Shown one piece after another: positions 20,118-30,372 of a stretch of DNA of 64,000 bases. The translations under genes and the position numbers were made by a program. Below the pieces are notes generated by a model. That model did not search any database. It was not told the origin of the DNA and saw nothing but the letters and a program-made list of their open reading frames with translations. Within the stretch, counting starts at the first letter, position 1. The number at the start of each line of letters is the position of its first letter. This DNA is from Candidatus Latescibacterota bacterium (lineage in GTDB: Bacteria > Latescibacterota > UBA2968 > SICM01), in NCBI GenBank assembly GCA_965217865.1, contig CBDCJO010000002.1:5216001-5280000 (forward strand), read 5' to 3'.

Positions 20118-20770
20118 ATGCAAATCGAAAAAGCAACCTCGTCCGCAATTACAGAACTCTGGGCAGAAGTGGAACCATGCGTAGAACAATCGACCTACCT
20201 GGAGGAAGCCGCTCAGGAACTGGCCACTGCGCTCTATACACAGTTCGAGGAGTCGATTGTTATCGCCAGAGTCTTTGTGACTGTTCCCTTCGACGGTTTG
20301 CCGACGAAGAACAAGGAATTTGTTCAGAAACTGGCTGAGTCGGCCGACACACCTTCCGATTTGAAGGGGACCACGCCAGTGCTCTCGCTCATTGGAACCC
20401 ACGGCCAAGAGGAAGATTGGTGTGACCGCCGTAAGTCCAAGGGCCATTTAGGCATTCCGTTGATTTCCTCGGCTTTTGTCAGAGCCATTCCGATGATCTC
20501 CCGTCTGCTCAGGGAGTTGGGCATACCCCTGGACTGGGTTGACAGCCACGAATCAGAATTCATTGTAGAAACCATCGGCCGGACGGTGGGATTGTTTTTC
20601 GTAGAGAACGCTGCCGAAGCCATAGATGACGAAGGCAGGAGTATCATTACGGCACAAGATTTCGTTTCCTCCCATAAGGTGAAAAGCGTTTTCGGCACAG
20701 GAGGAGCCTACTCTAGCGGCCAGATGCTCGTCATCATTGCATTTTGCCGTAATGCCATTTCACGCGCCAC
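20118..20770 (+). CDS. Hypothetical protein downstream of the kinase, C-terminus truncated at junction
   Basis: Strong RBS AGGAGG; protein-like frame up to FCRNAISRAT, where it collides with the sulfatase fragment. Confidence 0.6.
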
Positions 20771-21367
20771 TGGTGGGTGTGGGTCGTAGATGTTCACGCT
20801 GGCCAGCCAGGGCCCTTCCCGATCCTCCCGGATAAACTCGATGGTCTTCTCTGCGCACCAGGTGGTTTGGTGGAGTTCGGCCGGCACCCCGTCAATGCTC
20901 TTCGTCAGCTCCCCCAGGATCTCTCCCTTTGAACGTACCCAATCAGCATAGTCGTGACCGGTTTCCCAGTCGTCTCTTGGGGCATGGCTGAACTGCCAGT
21001 ATCGGTAGCCGTCATTCACTCGGGGTTCCACTTGGTTGTACACACTCGCCAGGTGGAGCTTCCCGATCAGTCCACAGTCGTAGCCGGTATCGGCCAGCAC
21101 CCGGGTTACGAGAGGAGGTGAATCCGGAAACGATTCGTTGCCGTTTCCGTTCACGTGGACAGCACTTGCGTACATCCCGGTGAGAAAGCTTGCCCGGCTG
21201 GGTGTGCAGATCGGACTCTGACAATAGGCTCGTGTGAAGGCCACCCCATCCGCCACAAGACGATCCACGTGCGGTGTAGAGGTATGGGGGTTGCCCAGGG
21301 ATGCGATCGTATCATACCGCTGTTGATCCGTGCAGATCCACAGGATATTCGGTCTTGATCCCCGCAT
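20771..21367 (-). pseudogene. Sulfatase, N-terminal ~200 aa only
   Basis: RPNILWICTDQQR, CTPSRAS (formylglycine motif), IGKLH, YDPHPP, then similarity is lost. Confidence 0.85.
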
Positions 21368-21398
21368 ACGTGGTTATCCTCAATGATTGATTGGCCGC

Positions 21399-22025
21399 TC
21401 AATCGGAAATATCAATGCCGTTCAAAAAATCCATTAGTTCTGTCTTATAATGATCAAATAAATCCTGTTCGGTTAAAGCCATGGCCTGGAAAGTACCGGC
21501 TTCACCGGTATAATAGTAACCCACAAAGATATACCTGATCAAATTCATTTCGACTCTGGTTTTCAAGAATAAAACCTCAACGCCATTCACCAACCTATTT
21601 TCTTCGCGAAGAACCTCCACGTCTGTTGCAGCGGCTTCCATACTGCTTAACACAACATTTCTGAGCGCCTTGGCAGGCAAACGGACTTTTTCTGCGATGA
21701 GAATCACATGAGCGCCCTCATCTTTGTAAATCAGATTTAACTTATTCGGATCATCCGTTATCTTTTTCTTCCATTTTCTTTTATTGATCCAAACTTTGAA
21801 GTTCTTAATATTCGTCTCTATGAGCTTTTTGGATGATTTTGGCTTTTTGAACTTTTTTAACTTTTTGGGGGGTTCGGATTCTTTGGTTTCATCCGCTGCG
21901 AATAGGGGAGAGGTAATTGGTCCGCTGAATACGAGCACGAGGCATAGAACGATTGAACGCGGGGTAATGATATCTCTCTTTTTAATAGCAGGGCATTTCA
22001 TTGATTCGTCCAGTGAATGACACAA
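21399..22025 (-). CDS. Hypothetical secreted protein
   Basis: Signal-like segment, Lys-rich linker, PsbP/Mog1-like beta pattern. Confidence 0.6.
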   Translation of the reverse strand: MCHSLDESMKCPAIKKRDIITPRSIVLCLVLVFSGPITSPLFAADETKESEPPKKLKKFKKPKSSKKLIETNIKNFKVWINKRKWKKKITDDPNKLNLIYKDEGAHVILIAEKVRLPAKALRNVVLSSMEAAATDVEVLREENRLVNGVEVLFLKTRVEMNLIRYIFVGYYYTGEAGTFQAMALTEQDLFDHYKTELMDFLNGIDISD

Positions 22026-22178
22026 TTTAATGTAGCTAACAACAAAAAAGCCGCATCTCCCCGTGCAGCTAATTGTTACCCAATTATTCTTTTATTCATG
22101 CACCCGTAGGGTCTTCAGGACCGGGGAGGCATAGACCTCGATCGGGCGGGCTTCCCACAACCTGGATGGCCAACAGCT

Positions 22179-24026
22179 TTAATTATCATCCTCACGCTCA
22201 CTCAGCATCTCCCCGCGCTGCAGACGCTCCGCATTCTCGGTGGACCACAGAATTCCCTTCATCACCTTCTGGGCGGTAATATACCGGGTCGCGGCGAGAA
22301 GGTGCATTCGCTTCTCCTCGGGATCGTTCGTCAGGTCGAAGTGCCGGAAGGCCACCTCCAGAACCTGGAACATGTGCAGCTCCGCATCTTCGCGCAGCAT
22401 CACGTGGGCAAGGGCATGTCTGAGTTTTGTGATGTCGTGCCCTTCTTCCAGGTAATGGCTCACCAGGACTTCAGACTCGAAGACTTTCTGGAAATCCGCG
22501 AATTCCTGAAGCCTGTCGAGCATCTCGTCCTCGGAAGCGAAGGTCTCATTCAGCCTTTGTCCCGGTTTCGGAAGCCTGGCTGCCGGCATGTTAAGCCAGC
22601 GCAGATAGTTCATGAACACGGCACCGTGGAAGATGCCGCGCAGGAGTTCCTTGCTGGGAGAAAGGTGGAACGCGCGGTAGAGGGCGTGCGCATATGAATA
22701 GATATTGGCCACATCGTGCCAGTCCCCCTCATTCTTCAGGTGGAACCGCGCCGTACGGATGGCGCCCGCATAACACATCGCCCTGCAGATATCCGTGGCC
22801 TTCACACCCGCTTTCAGCTTTGTCTCAATCTCGGCGACAACAGGATTGAAATCCTCCCCCAGGAGGGTCTGTGTAAAAGCCGGAATGTCCAGCGGTGCGT
22901 CGTTCGCCTGATTCGCTTCCCAGATTTCGTCCAGCCTTGTGAAGGTTTCTTCCAGGACCGGCACGCTGTCTTCCCACCGTGCGGTCTCCTCGTGCCGCAC
23001 CCTGTTTACCAGATCAACCACGATCGGCCGCAAAATCTCGTTGGCCCCTTCCCAGTTCACATAGTCCAGGGCCTCGAACGTCTTGTTTGCGAAATCGAGC
23101 GTATGGCCGTCTCCGGTAAAATAGAAATCCGTCGCCGCGCTGAAGACGAAATCCGCAACCACCTCCCGCGGATAATCGCGATCGGCAAGCGTAATCAGGA
23201 CACGCTGGGCCGCGTTGCTGGTGCGGTGATCCACCAGGCGGCGAAACCAGCGTTTCAAAGTCTCCAAATCCGGTTCGTCCGGCGTCCTGGGAAGGGGGAA
23301 TCCCTGCCGGCGTGAGCTTCCCGACGTCCTGCGGGCAATCTGCGTCAATCCGTGGACCAGGAAGAGATTGTGGTCCTTTTCGTCCACATCGTCCCACATA
23401 TTCGAAGCCAGGGTAAGGATGGCCAACCCCGATGACCAGCCTTCACTGGATTTATAAGCGCCGTAAAAAAGTCCCTGTTGGATGATCTCCTGTGGCGTTG
23501 CGCCGGCATGTCTCAACGCGGCGATCGCCTTCGCTATCAGGAGGGAGCTGCGGTCTTTCATGCCCTGTTCAAGGATATACTTTCCCCGGTCGATCAGGCG
23601 GCGTTTGGCCGCTTCTTTTTCACCCGGCTCAAATCCCACATAAAGATTTCCGTCATCCCGGACCTCCACCGGAAAGCTCTTCAGGTCGTTTCCGGCCCCG
23701 GAGGTTATGAAGCAGCCGCCTGTCTTCAGGTCGAACTCCCAGTGGTGCCAATGACAGATCAGGATGCCGTCTCGAATGGTTCCCCTGGACATCGGATATC
23801 CCATATGCGGACAGCGGTTGTCCACCGCGTTAAACTTCCCTTCATATTGGAAAACGGCGATGTGGGTGCCGTCTACGGTGAACGGTCTTCCTATGCCTTC
23901 TTCAAATTCATCGGCGGGGCATAATTTATGAAACTCCAGGTTATCCTGGGCCGCTTCCGGAGAAAGATCCAGGCCTTTATCCCCGTCCAGGCCTCTATCC
24001 TGGACATTCTGGGTGGCAGTAGCCAT
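22179..24026 (-). CDS. Rieske [2Fe-2S] domain protein with long helical C-terminus
   Basis: DNRCPHMG...CHWHHWEFD; RBS GAGGAG. Confidence 0.85.
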   Translation of the reverse strand: MATATQNVQDRGLDGDKGLDLSPEAAQDNLEFHKLCPADEFEEGIGRPFTVDGTHIAVFQYEGKFNAVDNRCPHMGYPMSRGTIRDGILICHWHHWEFDLKTGGCFITSGAGNDLKSFPVEVRDDGNLYVGFEPGEKEAAKRRLIDRGKYILEQGMKDRSSLLIAKAIAALRHAGATPQEIIQQGLFYGAYKSSEGWSSGLAILTLASNMWDDVDEKDHNLFLVHGLTQIARRTSGSSRRQGFPLPRTPDEPDLETLKRWFRRLVDHRTSNAAQRVLITLADRDYPREVVADFVFSAATDFYFTGDGHTLDFANKTFEALDYVNWEGANEILRPIVVDLVNRVRHEETARWEDSVPVLEETFTRLDEIWEANQANDAPLDIPAFTQTLLGEDFNPVVAEIETKLKAGVKATDICRAMCYAGAIRTARFHLKNEGDWHDVANIYSYAHALYRAFHLSPSKELLRGIFHGAVFMNYLRWLNMPAARLPKPGQRLNETFASEDEMLDRLQEFADFQKVFESEVLVSHYLEEGHDITKLRHALAHVMLREDAELHMFQVLEVAFRHFDLTNDPEEKRMHLLAATRYITAQKVMKGILWSTENAERLQRGEMLSEREDDN

Positions 24027-24041
24027 AACTATATCTCCTCA

Positions 24042-24176
24042 GACAAAAACCGCACCTCTCCGGATGCGGTTTGTCGTCTGCAACGTCTATGATCGAAGGC
24101 ATCCATCTTCTTTCCCAGGATCCGATCTCGATTCGTGTACACGTTCAAATGTAATGGAGGATATGAGGGTTGTCAA
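24042..24176 (-). promoter_or_regulatory. Promoter plus attenuator-like leader
   Basis: TTGACA-17-TACATT (24176-24148), uORF 24106-24029, hairpin ACCGCATC...GTGCGGTTTTT. Confidence 0.55.
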
Positions 24177-24486
24177 GGGGATTCAGTGAAGCGGGAATTG
24201 AGAAGAGATATCAGGGATTAAATCCCAGAGCTTAAGGTTTTATCCCCGCCTATCGCGGGCTTCGCTTCCACTCAGACGCAACCAAATAGATCTACGAGGC
24301 GCTTCGGTTGTACCGCACGTTTGGAATTGTGAATACGTATTCACAATTGGGTTGGAGCCACTACCGGGTGCTGTTAGGAGTGCCTTCGGCCCGGGTGCTG
24401 AAGGAGGGTTCAAGTAGAGGAGTGGATCAAACAATTCCTTGACATTTCCCCTTACAAAATAATATATTACGAATCATTTGAATAGG

Positions 24487-24506
24487 TCAAATCCGGCCAG
24501 CCCGAC
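24487..24506 (+). repeat. tRNA-Pro 3'-end fragment (att-like)
   Basis: TCAAATCCGGCCAGCCCGA, one mismatch to the tRNA-Pro(GGG) 3' end. Confidence 0.65.
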
Positions 24507-24533
24507 AAGAAAGTTCGATTCTAAACATGGATT

Positions 24534-24610
24534 CGGGGCGTAGCGCAGTCCGGTAGCGCACTTGCTTCGGGAGCAAGGGGTCGCCGGTTCAAATCCGGCC
24601 GCCCCGACCA
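24534..24610 (+). tRNA. tRNA-Pro(CGG)
   Basis: CGGGGCG/CGCCCCG stem, anticodon CGG, encoded CCA. Confidence 0.95.
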
Positions 24611-24621
24611 GAATAACTTAC

Positions 24622-24674
24622 ACGGGCAGAAGGAATTACGGAGATTCATTTCTCCGTCCTTCTGCCCGTTTTTT
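24622..24674 (+). terminator. Terminator after tRNA-Pro(CGG)
   Basis: ACGGGCAGAAGG...CCTTCTGCCCGTTTTTT. Confidence 0.75.
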
Positions 24675-25217
24675 GTTGCCATCTAACAGCCATCTAATGG
24701 AGGTGAAATTTCTGTCAAGTCGGGACCACTTGTCACCCCCTGAACTTTTGCCTACCTTCTGGGGTGTGTCCCGTTTTGGTGCAGGCTGTTTTGGCTAAAT
24801 TCATTGGACTGAAATAGAGTGGACTTAATTCGGGTAAATTTATCTTGATTCAATTTAGAGCCGGAGGGGGCCATGCTAGATGCGATGTCTAATCCGAAAG
24901 AAATTGTTAAACACCTTGAAAAATACGATGGATTCGATGATCGGGAAGGGCTAAAGGTGTCGGGGGCATGCCTCTGGGAAGAAGTGGAAGATTGGTTCGT
25001 GGTATACACTCTAATCATCTATGGACATTTCGAAATGCGTCAAGTATATTCGGCTGCGACGCGAAAATTTATGCGAAAAAAATTATTAACAAGAGATATT
25101 AGCACAATCAAATTTATGTACGTCTTCCTTTTCAAGGAATTGTGTGCTGTCATCGAAATTCTTCACCTCTTTCGGAGGGGTATTCCGATAAGGACGCTTT
25201 TAAAATAAAGGGACGCA

Positions 25218-26030
25218 ATGCAAAACATCACCAGTCTGACGTTGCTGATCTTGGTTCTATTCATCGGGACCGCATTTTCACAGGAGGTCACCGGGAACCT
25301 CGAAGGGCGGGTCTTGATCGCGCCGGGAGAGACTCTGACCGGCGTGAACATCACCATCCGGGGCGCGAGCCTTCAGGGGGTGCGAAGCGCGATAAGCCAT
25401 GACCGGGGTTACTTCCGCATCCTGGCTCTGCCGGTGGGTCTATATTCCGTCAAACTGAGTCACGCTGCCTATCAGGAGGTGACTTACGAGAACGTCTCGA
25501 TTCGCCTGGGGAAGACTAGAAATCTCGGGGAGATCCTTCTCACGGAGAGGATTGTGGGGATGCCGGAAGTCGTGGTCAACGGGGAGCGGCCACTGATCGA
25601 CCCGACGAGCACAACCATTGGAGCGAATTTCAGGACGGAAGTCCTTCAGACCCTGCCCCTTCAGCGCGATTACGCCTCCGTGGTCGTCCTGACGCCTCAG
25701 GCCAACGCGGGGAGCCATCCCGACGACGGGGTCAACGTCGGCGGCGCTTCCGGATGGGACAATACCTTCTACATCGACGGCATTCACGTCACGGACCCGG
25801 CGCAGGGAAACACAGGCACGGCTCTGCCCTACAACTTTATCCAGGAGGTCGAGGTCAAGACCGGCGGCTACCAGGCCGAGTTCGGGCGGACGCTGGGCGG
25901 GATCGTCAACGTGGTCACGCGGACGGGTTCGAATAAATTCGAGGCACAAGCCTTCGGTTTCCTGACGAACAGCGGGTTGACCGGGGAGAGGCGGGGCACG
26001 CCCGGGGGAACGCGCATCCAAAGCTTTTGC
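25218..26030 (+). pseudogene. Oar-like TonB-dependent receptor, truncated after the plug domain
   Basis: Signal peptide, carboxypeptidase-regulatory domain, NTFYIDG, EVEVKTGGYQAEFGRTLGGIVNVVT; similarity stops near 26027. Confidence 0.82.
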
Positions 26031-26106
26031 TCTTCCTGCCGCCTGCTATTGTCCTTTTCCCTGACCCTGATCTTGCCTTTCCCTGATCTCCGACCTCTGA
26101 CATCCG

Positions 26107-27891
26107 TTATTTGGCAAATATCATCTTCCTTAACGCCACCTTCGCTCCAGCCTCCAACCGATAGATATACAGCCCGCTCGCGACGAGCTTTCCGGAGGCG
26201 TCACGGCCATCCCAATTCACGTTGTAGCGTCCAGCTGACTGATTCGCACTGACCAGCACCCTAACGGCCTGCCCAAGGGTGTTGTGGATCTTCAGCCGGA
26301 CCTCGGATGAGTGGTCGAGCGTATAGCGGATTGTTGTGGACGGGTTGAACGGGTTGGGGGAGTTCTGGAATAACCTGAAGGAAAGGTTCTCGGGTGCCAG
26401 TCCAAACCGTACGCCCAGAGGCCCATCGAAAGCATCGCGATCGTCACCCAGGATCAGGTTCTCGCTACCAACCCCAACACCCGCAACTGGTTTTGGGGCC
26501 TTCCCCTTGTCGTGGGTGACGGCGATCTCTTCATTGGCCGTCGTTTTATTGCCTGAGGCATCCTTGGCCGTCACGGTGATCGAGTAGACCCGACCGTCTC
26601 CCTTTCCATCCCTTTCCGCCCGGAGCTCGAGCTGTTCCCCCGGTTTCCAGGGAACCTCAGGGACATCATTGGAACTGAGCAGAATGCCTCCACCGGTTGT
26701 CATGACCTTGATGTCACCGGTGGTGTTCCCATCCCCGTTTCCCTTGGCTTCGTCCGGCTCGCTGCTGACCACCACCGCAGAAATTGCCGGGGAGAGATCG
26801 CAGGCATCGTTGGCCGTGATCGTAAGTGTGATCGTGTGATACTTGTGATTGGGCGGCCAGAGGGACGAGGGACTGGCCGAGACCGACAGGGTCGGCGGCG
26901 TCACATCTTTTACCGTCACCGTGGCCGGGCAGGACGCGCTGGCGCCGTTATCATCGGTGACTGTGAGGGTAACGGTCTGGGGTCCCAGGTCATCACAGTC
27001 GAAGGTGGTTCTGTCGAGACTCAGGGTAATCGGGTCTCCATCGGGATCGGAGGAACCGTCATCGACCTGGGCAGGAGCGAGTGTGGCCTGTCCTGAGGCG
27101 TCAAGATCCAGGTCGATGTCCTTACAGCGGACAATTGGCGGCGAGTTGAAAGTTAGCGACGCGATCGCCACCCTGTGGGGCTGGCGTCCGACCCGCACGG
27201 TGGCAACGACAGTTTTCGTCCCTGTGTCGATCACCGAGACAGTTCCGGAGCCGGAATTCGTCACATATGCCAGGTTTCCATCGGGAGTGAACGCCAATCC
27301 ACGTGGGGCAAATCCGACCCGTACCCTGGCAACTATGGTGTTCGTCCCTGTGTCGATCACTGAGACATTGTTGAAGGAGAATTCCGTCACATATGCTAAG
27401 GTCCCATCCGGTGTGATCGCAACCGCAATTGGGGATCTTCCGACCCGCACGGTGGCGACGACGGTGTTCGTTCCTGTATTGATCACCGCAACAGCTCCTC
27501 GGCTCCTTTGATTCACCACATATACACGGGTGCCGTCCGGCGTGATCGCTACCCCTTGTGGGAGTCTTGGAACGGGCACGGTGGCAACGACCGTGTTCGT
27601 CTCCGTGTCGATCACCGAGACAAATCCGGAGCTGATGGTTCCTCGCGTCACATAAGCCCGTGTCCCATCCGGCGTAATTGCCACCCCAATTGGGTGTCTT
27701 CCCACTCGAAAGGAGGCAACCACAGTGTTGGTCCCTGTGTTAATCACCGAGACACCTCCGGGATCGCCACCGCCGACGCCGAAATTCGTTACGTAGGCGA
27801 CGACTTGAGCCTCGGCAGGGATAGAACTCAGTAGCATCCCAACCGAGAGCAGGGCTACAAATAGAAGCGAGGATAACATGCTTTTTCTCAT
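26107..27891 (-). CDS. Secreted YVTN beta-propeller repeat protein with Ig-like domains and FlgD-Ig C-terminal tail
   Basis: YVTN...VSVIDTGTNTVVA repeats; LWPPNHK; LFQNSPNPFNPSTTIRY...WDGRD...SGLYIYRL; start ATG 27891 after AGGAGG. Confidence 0.85.
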   Translation of the reverse strand: MRKSMLSSLLFVALLSVGMLLSSIPAEAQVVAYVTNFGVGGGDPGGVSVINTGTNTVVASFRVGRHPIGVAITPDGTRAYVTRGTISSGFVSVIDTETNTVVATVPVPRLPQGVAITPDGTRVYVVNQRSRGAVAVINTGTNTVVATVRVGRSPIAVAITPDGTLAYVTEFSFNNVSVIDTGTNTIVARVRVGFAPRGLAFTPDGNLAYVTNSGSGTVSVIDTGTKTVVATVRVGRQPHRVAIASLTFNSPPIVRCKDIDLDLDASGQATLAPAQVDDGSSDPDGDPITLSLDRTTFDCDDLGPQTVTLTVTDDNGASASCPATVTVKDVTPPTLSVSASPSSLWPPNHKYHTITLTITANDACDLSPAISAVVVSSEPDEAKGNGDGNTTGDIKVMTTGGGILLSSNDVPEVPWKPGEQLELRAERDGKGDGRVYSITVTAKDASGNKTTANEEIAVTHDKGKAPKPVAGVGVGSENLILGDDRDAFDGPLGVRFGLAPENLSFRLFQNSPNPFNPSTTIRYTLDHSSEVRLKIHNTLGQAVRVLVSANQSAGRYNVNWDGRDASGKLVASGLYIYRLEAGAKVALRKMIFAK

Positions 27892-28090
27892 GGCATACCT
27901 CCTGTGTATGGCAAGCGGCAAACGTAATAATATGCTTTCCTTTTTACGGCTTCCGTTTCATGTCCGCCGGCTCAAGTTTCCAGGCAGAGCCACAGTCTCA
28001 TGCATAGCGTCCCTGTCCAACCGGTGCAGTCTTCGACCGGCTGGACAGGGCTGAAGTCTAAGGAATCGCTCCGTCGGCAATGCGCTACGG

Positions 28091-28759
28091 CTATTGCGTG
28101 CGATCGACTTTTATGCTGTTCCCGGCGCCAAATGGGCCATCTCCGGTGCAGGAGATTTTCCTGTTCTGACCCTTGCCTGATGTATTCATCTCCCAGGAAG
28201 TAAGCGTTAGGGTGTTGCTTTCGCCTACTGGATCAGGCGGCCACGGCTTTCCTGGCTCAAAGGTTCCGAACATATCGAGCTGGTAGTTGATATCCGGCGT
28301 CTCGTCATTCCCAAAAGCCGTGAAGAAGAACTGAACATACGCTTGCTCGGGGGCTTTCTTCTGCGGCTGACTGATGATCATGGCGCCGATGAAGATGGAG
28401 CTGCCGGTGATGGGGTCTTTGAAGCAGATTTCTCCATCGATTTGTGGTGTCTTCGGATCGTCCATCGCGGTGAAGAAACTCAGATCCAGCGGCATATCAA
28501 AGAACCCCCCGATATTCTTACTGCCATTCGTAATCTCATTATTTATTGGGGCGCCCCCAATCACATTCCCTTCAATGATCACGGTCACGTCGAACGTGGC
28601 CTGCACTTTGCCTCCTCCGCCGTTTCCTCCTTTACCCGGTTTCGTTGCAAACCCCGGATTCTCTGGTCCCGTGAGCGGAGCCGATAACTGCCCCTGACAA
28701 CTCCACATAAAAGCAGCACAGAAAAGGACCAATGGAATGATGAAGAAATTGCGTTTCAT
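28091..28759 (-). CDS. Hypothetical lipoprotein
   Basis: Signal peptide ending FMWSC; RBS AAGGAGG. Confidence 0.7.
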   Translation of the reverse strand: MKRNFFIIPLVLFCAAFMWSCQGQLSAPLTGPENPGFATKPGKGGNGGGGKVQATFDVTVIIEGNVIGGAPINNEITNGSKNIGGFFDMPLDLSFFTAMDDPKTPQIDGEICFKDPITGSSIFIGAMIISQPQKKAPEQAYVQFFFTAFGNDETPDINYQLDMFGTFEPGKPWPPDPVGESNTLTLTSWEMNTSGKGQNRKISCTGDGPFGAGNSIKVDRTQ

Positions 28760-28859
28760 CTGTTTACCCTCCTTCTTGGGGTTATGATGCTCCCACGAAA
28801 CTCGTGATTTACACTACGGATGATCCCGCATATCTGAACGCTTACGTCTAAAGGAGCGT

Positions 28860-28875
28860 TGCAAAAGGAATGCCA
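28860..28875 (-). promoter_or_regulatory. sigma54 promoter
   Basis: TGGCAT-TCCTT-TTGCA on the minus strand; GTGCTACAAA direct repeats about 100 bp upstream could be enhancer sites. Confidence 0.7.
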
Positions 28876-29049
28876 GATGTCATAAATGATTGTAAGTAAT
28901 TGTTCTATAATGTGATAGACGGAAAATCGCTATGTACTCATAAGCTAAGTCTGTGCTACAAAATAAAGCATGAGTGCTACAAATCGTCGCACTTGTCACA
29001 CTCGAATGCTCTGTGTCGCAGATCCCTGGCCATCTACATCACAGGTTTG

Positions 29050-29096
29050 GCTTCAGGAGCAAGGGGTCGTTGGTTCAAATCCGGCCACCCCGACCA
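29050..29096 (+). repeat. tRNA-Pro(CGG) 3'-half duplication (att scar)
   Basis: 43/47 identical to the tRNA from the anticodon loop to CCA. Confidence 0.85.
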
Positions 29097-29398
29097 GCAA
29101 ACAAAAACGGGCAGAGTAAGTTATGGGAAATCAATTCCTGCTGATCCTAGTTTTTTTTGGAATCTTGTGAATCTAAGGAATATCTAATCTCCGTGCGAAG
29201 TTTGCGAGGGTGCAAGCAGGACGATACTGGATCGATCACCGTGTCGCGCACTGTCCTGGCATAAACAGGCATGGACAGTGCGCAGGTTGTGTTTGCCGCA
29301 ACAACCGGTAGCATCTGAAAACATCTTCCGAAATGGTTGACAAATCCCGTGAAGGATTTTGTATATTTGGTCAGCTACACCCAACGGAGGAGGGCGTG

Positions 29399-29641
29399 AT
29401 GACCAGAGAGGAATTGTTGGCCCGAATTTCCATAAACCCCGAAATTTGTTTCGGAAAGCCGTGCATCCGCGGGCATCGTATCTGGGTCTCCCTGATTCTG
29501 GACTTCCTGGCAAGCGGGATGACGGTCCAGGAGCTTCTTGGTAACTATCCGGGCCTTGAGGAAGCAGATGTCCTCGCCTGCATCGCTTACGGCGCTGAGA
29601 TGGCGCGGGAGCGGTACATTGAGATACCTGTCGGGGGATAG
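29399..29641 (+). CDS. DUF433 antitoxin
   Basis: RISINPEICFGKPCIRGHRIWV...YPGLEEADVLAC; RBS GGAGG. Confidence 0.9.
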   Translation: MTREELLARISINPEICFGKPCIRGHRIWVSLILDFLASGMTVQELLGNYPGLEEADVLACIAYGAEMARERYIEIPVGG

Positions 29642-29643
29642 AC

Positions 29644-30027
29644 ATGAGGCTGAAGCTGGACGAGAATCTGGGCGACCGGGGAGCGGAGCTTTTTCGTGAG
29701 GCAGGCCACGATGTGGCCACGGTGCAGGGGCAGGGCCTCTGTTCAACGCCTGACCCGGCGCTAATCGACATCTGCCGTGGAGAAGGCCGGTGCTTGGTCA
29801 CCCTGGACCTCGACTTCGGAAATCCACTTCTATTCAGGCCCTCGGATTATACCGGTATTGCCATCCTTCGTCTTCCCCTCAAACCCTCACCGGAGGACCT
29901 TCCTGATACGATAAGAACGCTTCTTGCCGGGTTAAAGCAAGGGCGGATCGAGGGGAAGCTCTGGATTATGCAGAGGGGGAAAATACGTGAGTACCAACAG
30001 CCGGAGGGAGATGAAGATCGACAATAA
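29644..30027 (+). CDS. DUF5615 PIN-like toxin
   Basis: MRLKLDENL...GHDV...LVTLDLDFG. Confidence 0.88.
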   Translation: MRLKLDENLGDRGAELFREAGHDVATVQGQGLCSTPDPALIDICRGEGRCLVTLDLDFGNPLLFRPSDYTGIAILRLPLKPSPEDLPDTIRTLLAGLKQGRIEGKLWIMQRGKIREYQQPEGDEDRQ

Positions 30028-30198
30028 GGACAAGGAATTCGAGTGGATTCAGATCTAAGAAAAATCTAATTAGGGAGGGCCAAACAGGTCAAAACTGGGT
30101 GAATCAACAGAAACAATAATTCTTCGTATTTCCTTGTATTTCCTTCCAAATCAATCTATTACGAACCAAGCCAAATAAGACCAAAAACCCCCAAAAGA

Positions 30199-30245
30199 CT
30201 TTGGGAGCAGGGGGGCGGCGATTAAAATTCAGCGGCCTGAACAGC
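30199..30245 (+). repeat. Degenerate tRNA-Pro 3'-half (third att scar)
   Basis: CTTTGGGAGCAGGGGG...; followed by AAACAAAAACGGGCAGAG as in the 29050 scar. Confidence 0.55.
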
Positions 30246-30372
30246 AAAACAAAAACGGGCAGAGTTAGCACCAGGTAATATTATACCCTGAGGCTCTGAC
30301 CGTTTTTTGTGTTTGCTAACGATTTTTCTAACAGGAACTGAGTCCTGTCAGGTTCAACCGGGGTTCTTTCTT

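Noticed and set aside
24873-25208. 111-aa ORF after tRNA-Pro as a possible integrase remnant
   Set aside because: No tyrosine or serine recombinase motifs; the second half is AT-rich, promoter-like sequence.
30011-30140. Possible BrnT toxin relic (EFEW..., LGES...IL)
   Set aside because: Multiple stops and similarity too short to support a call.
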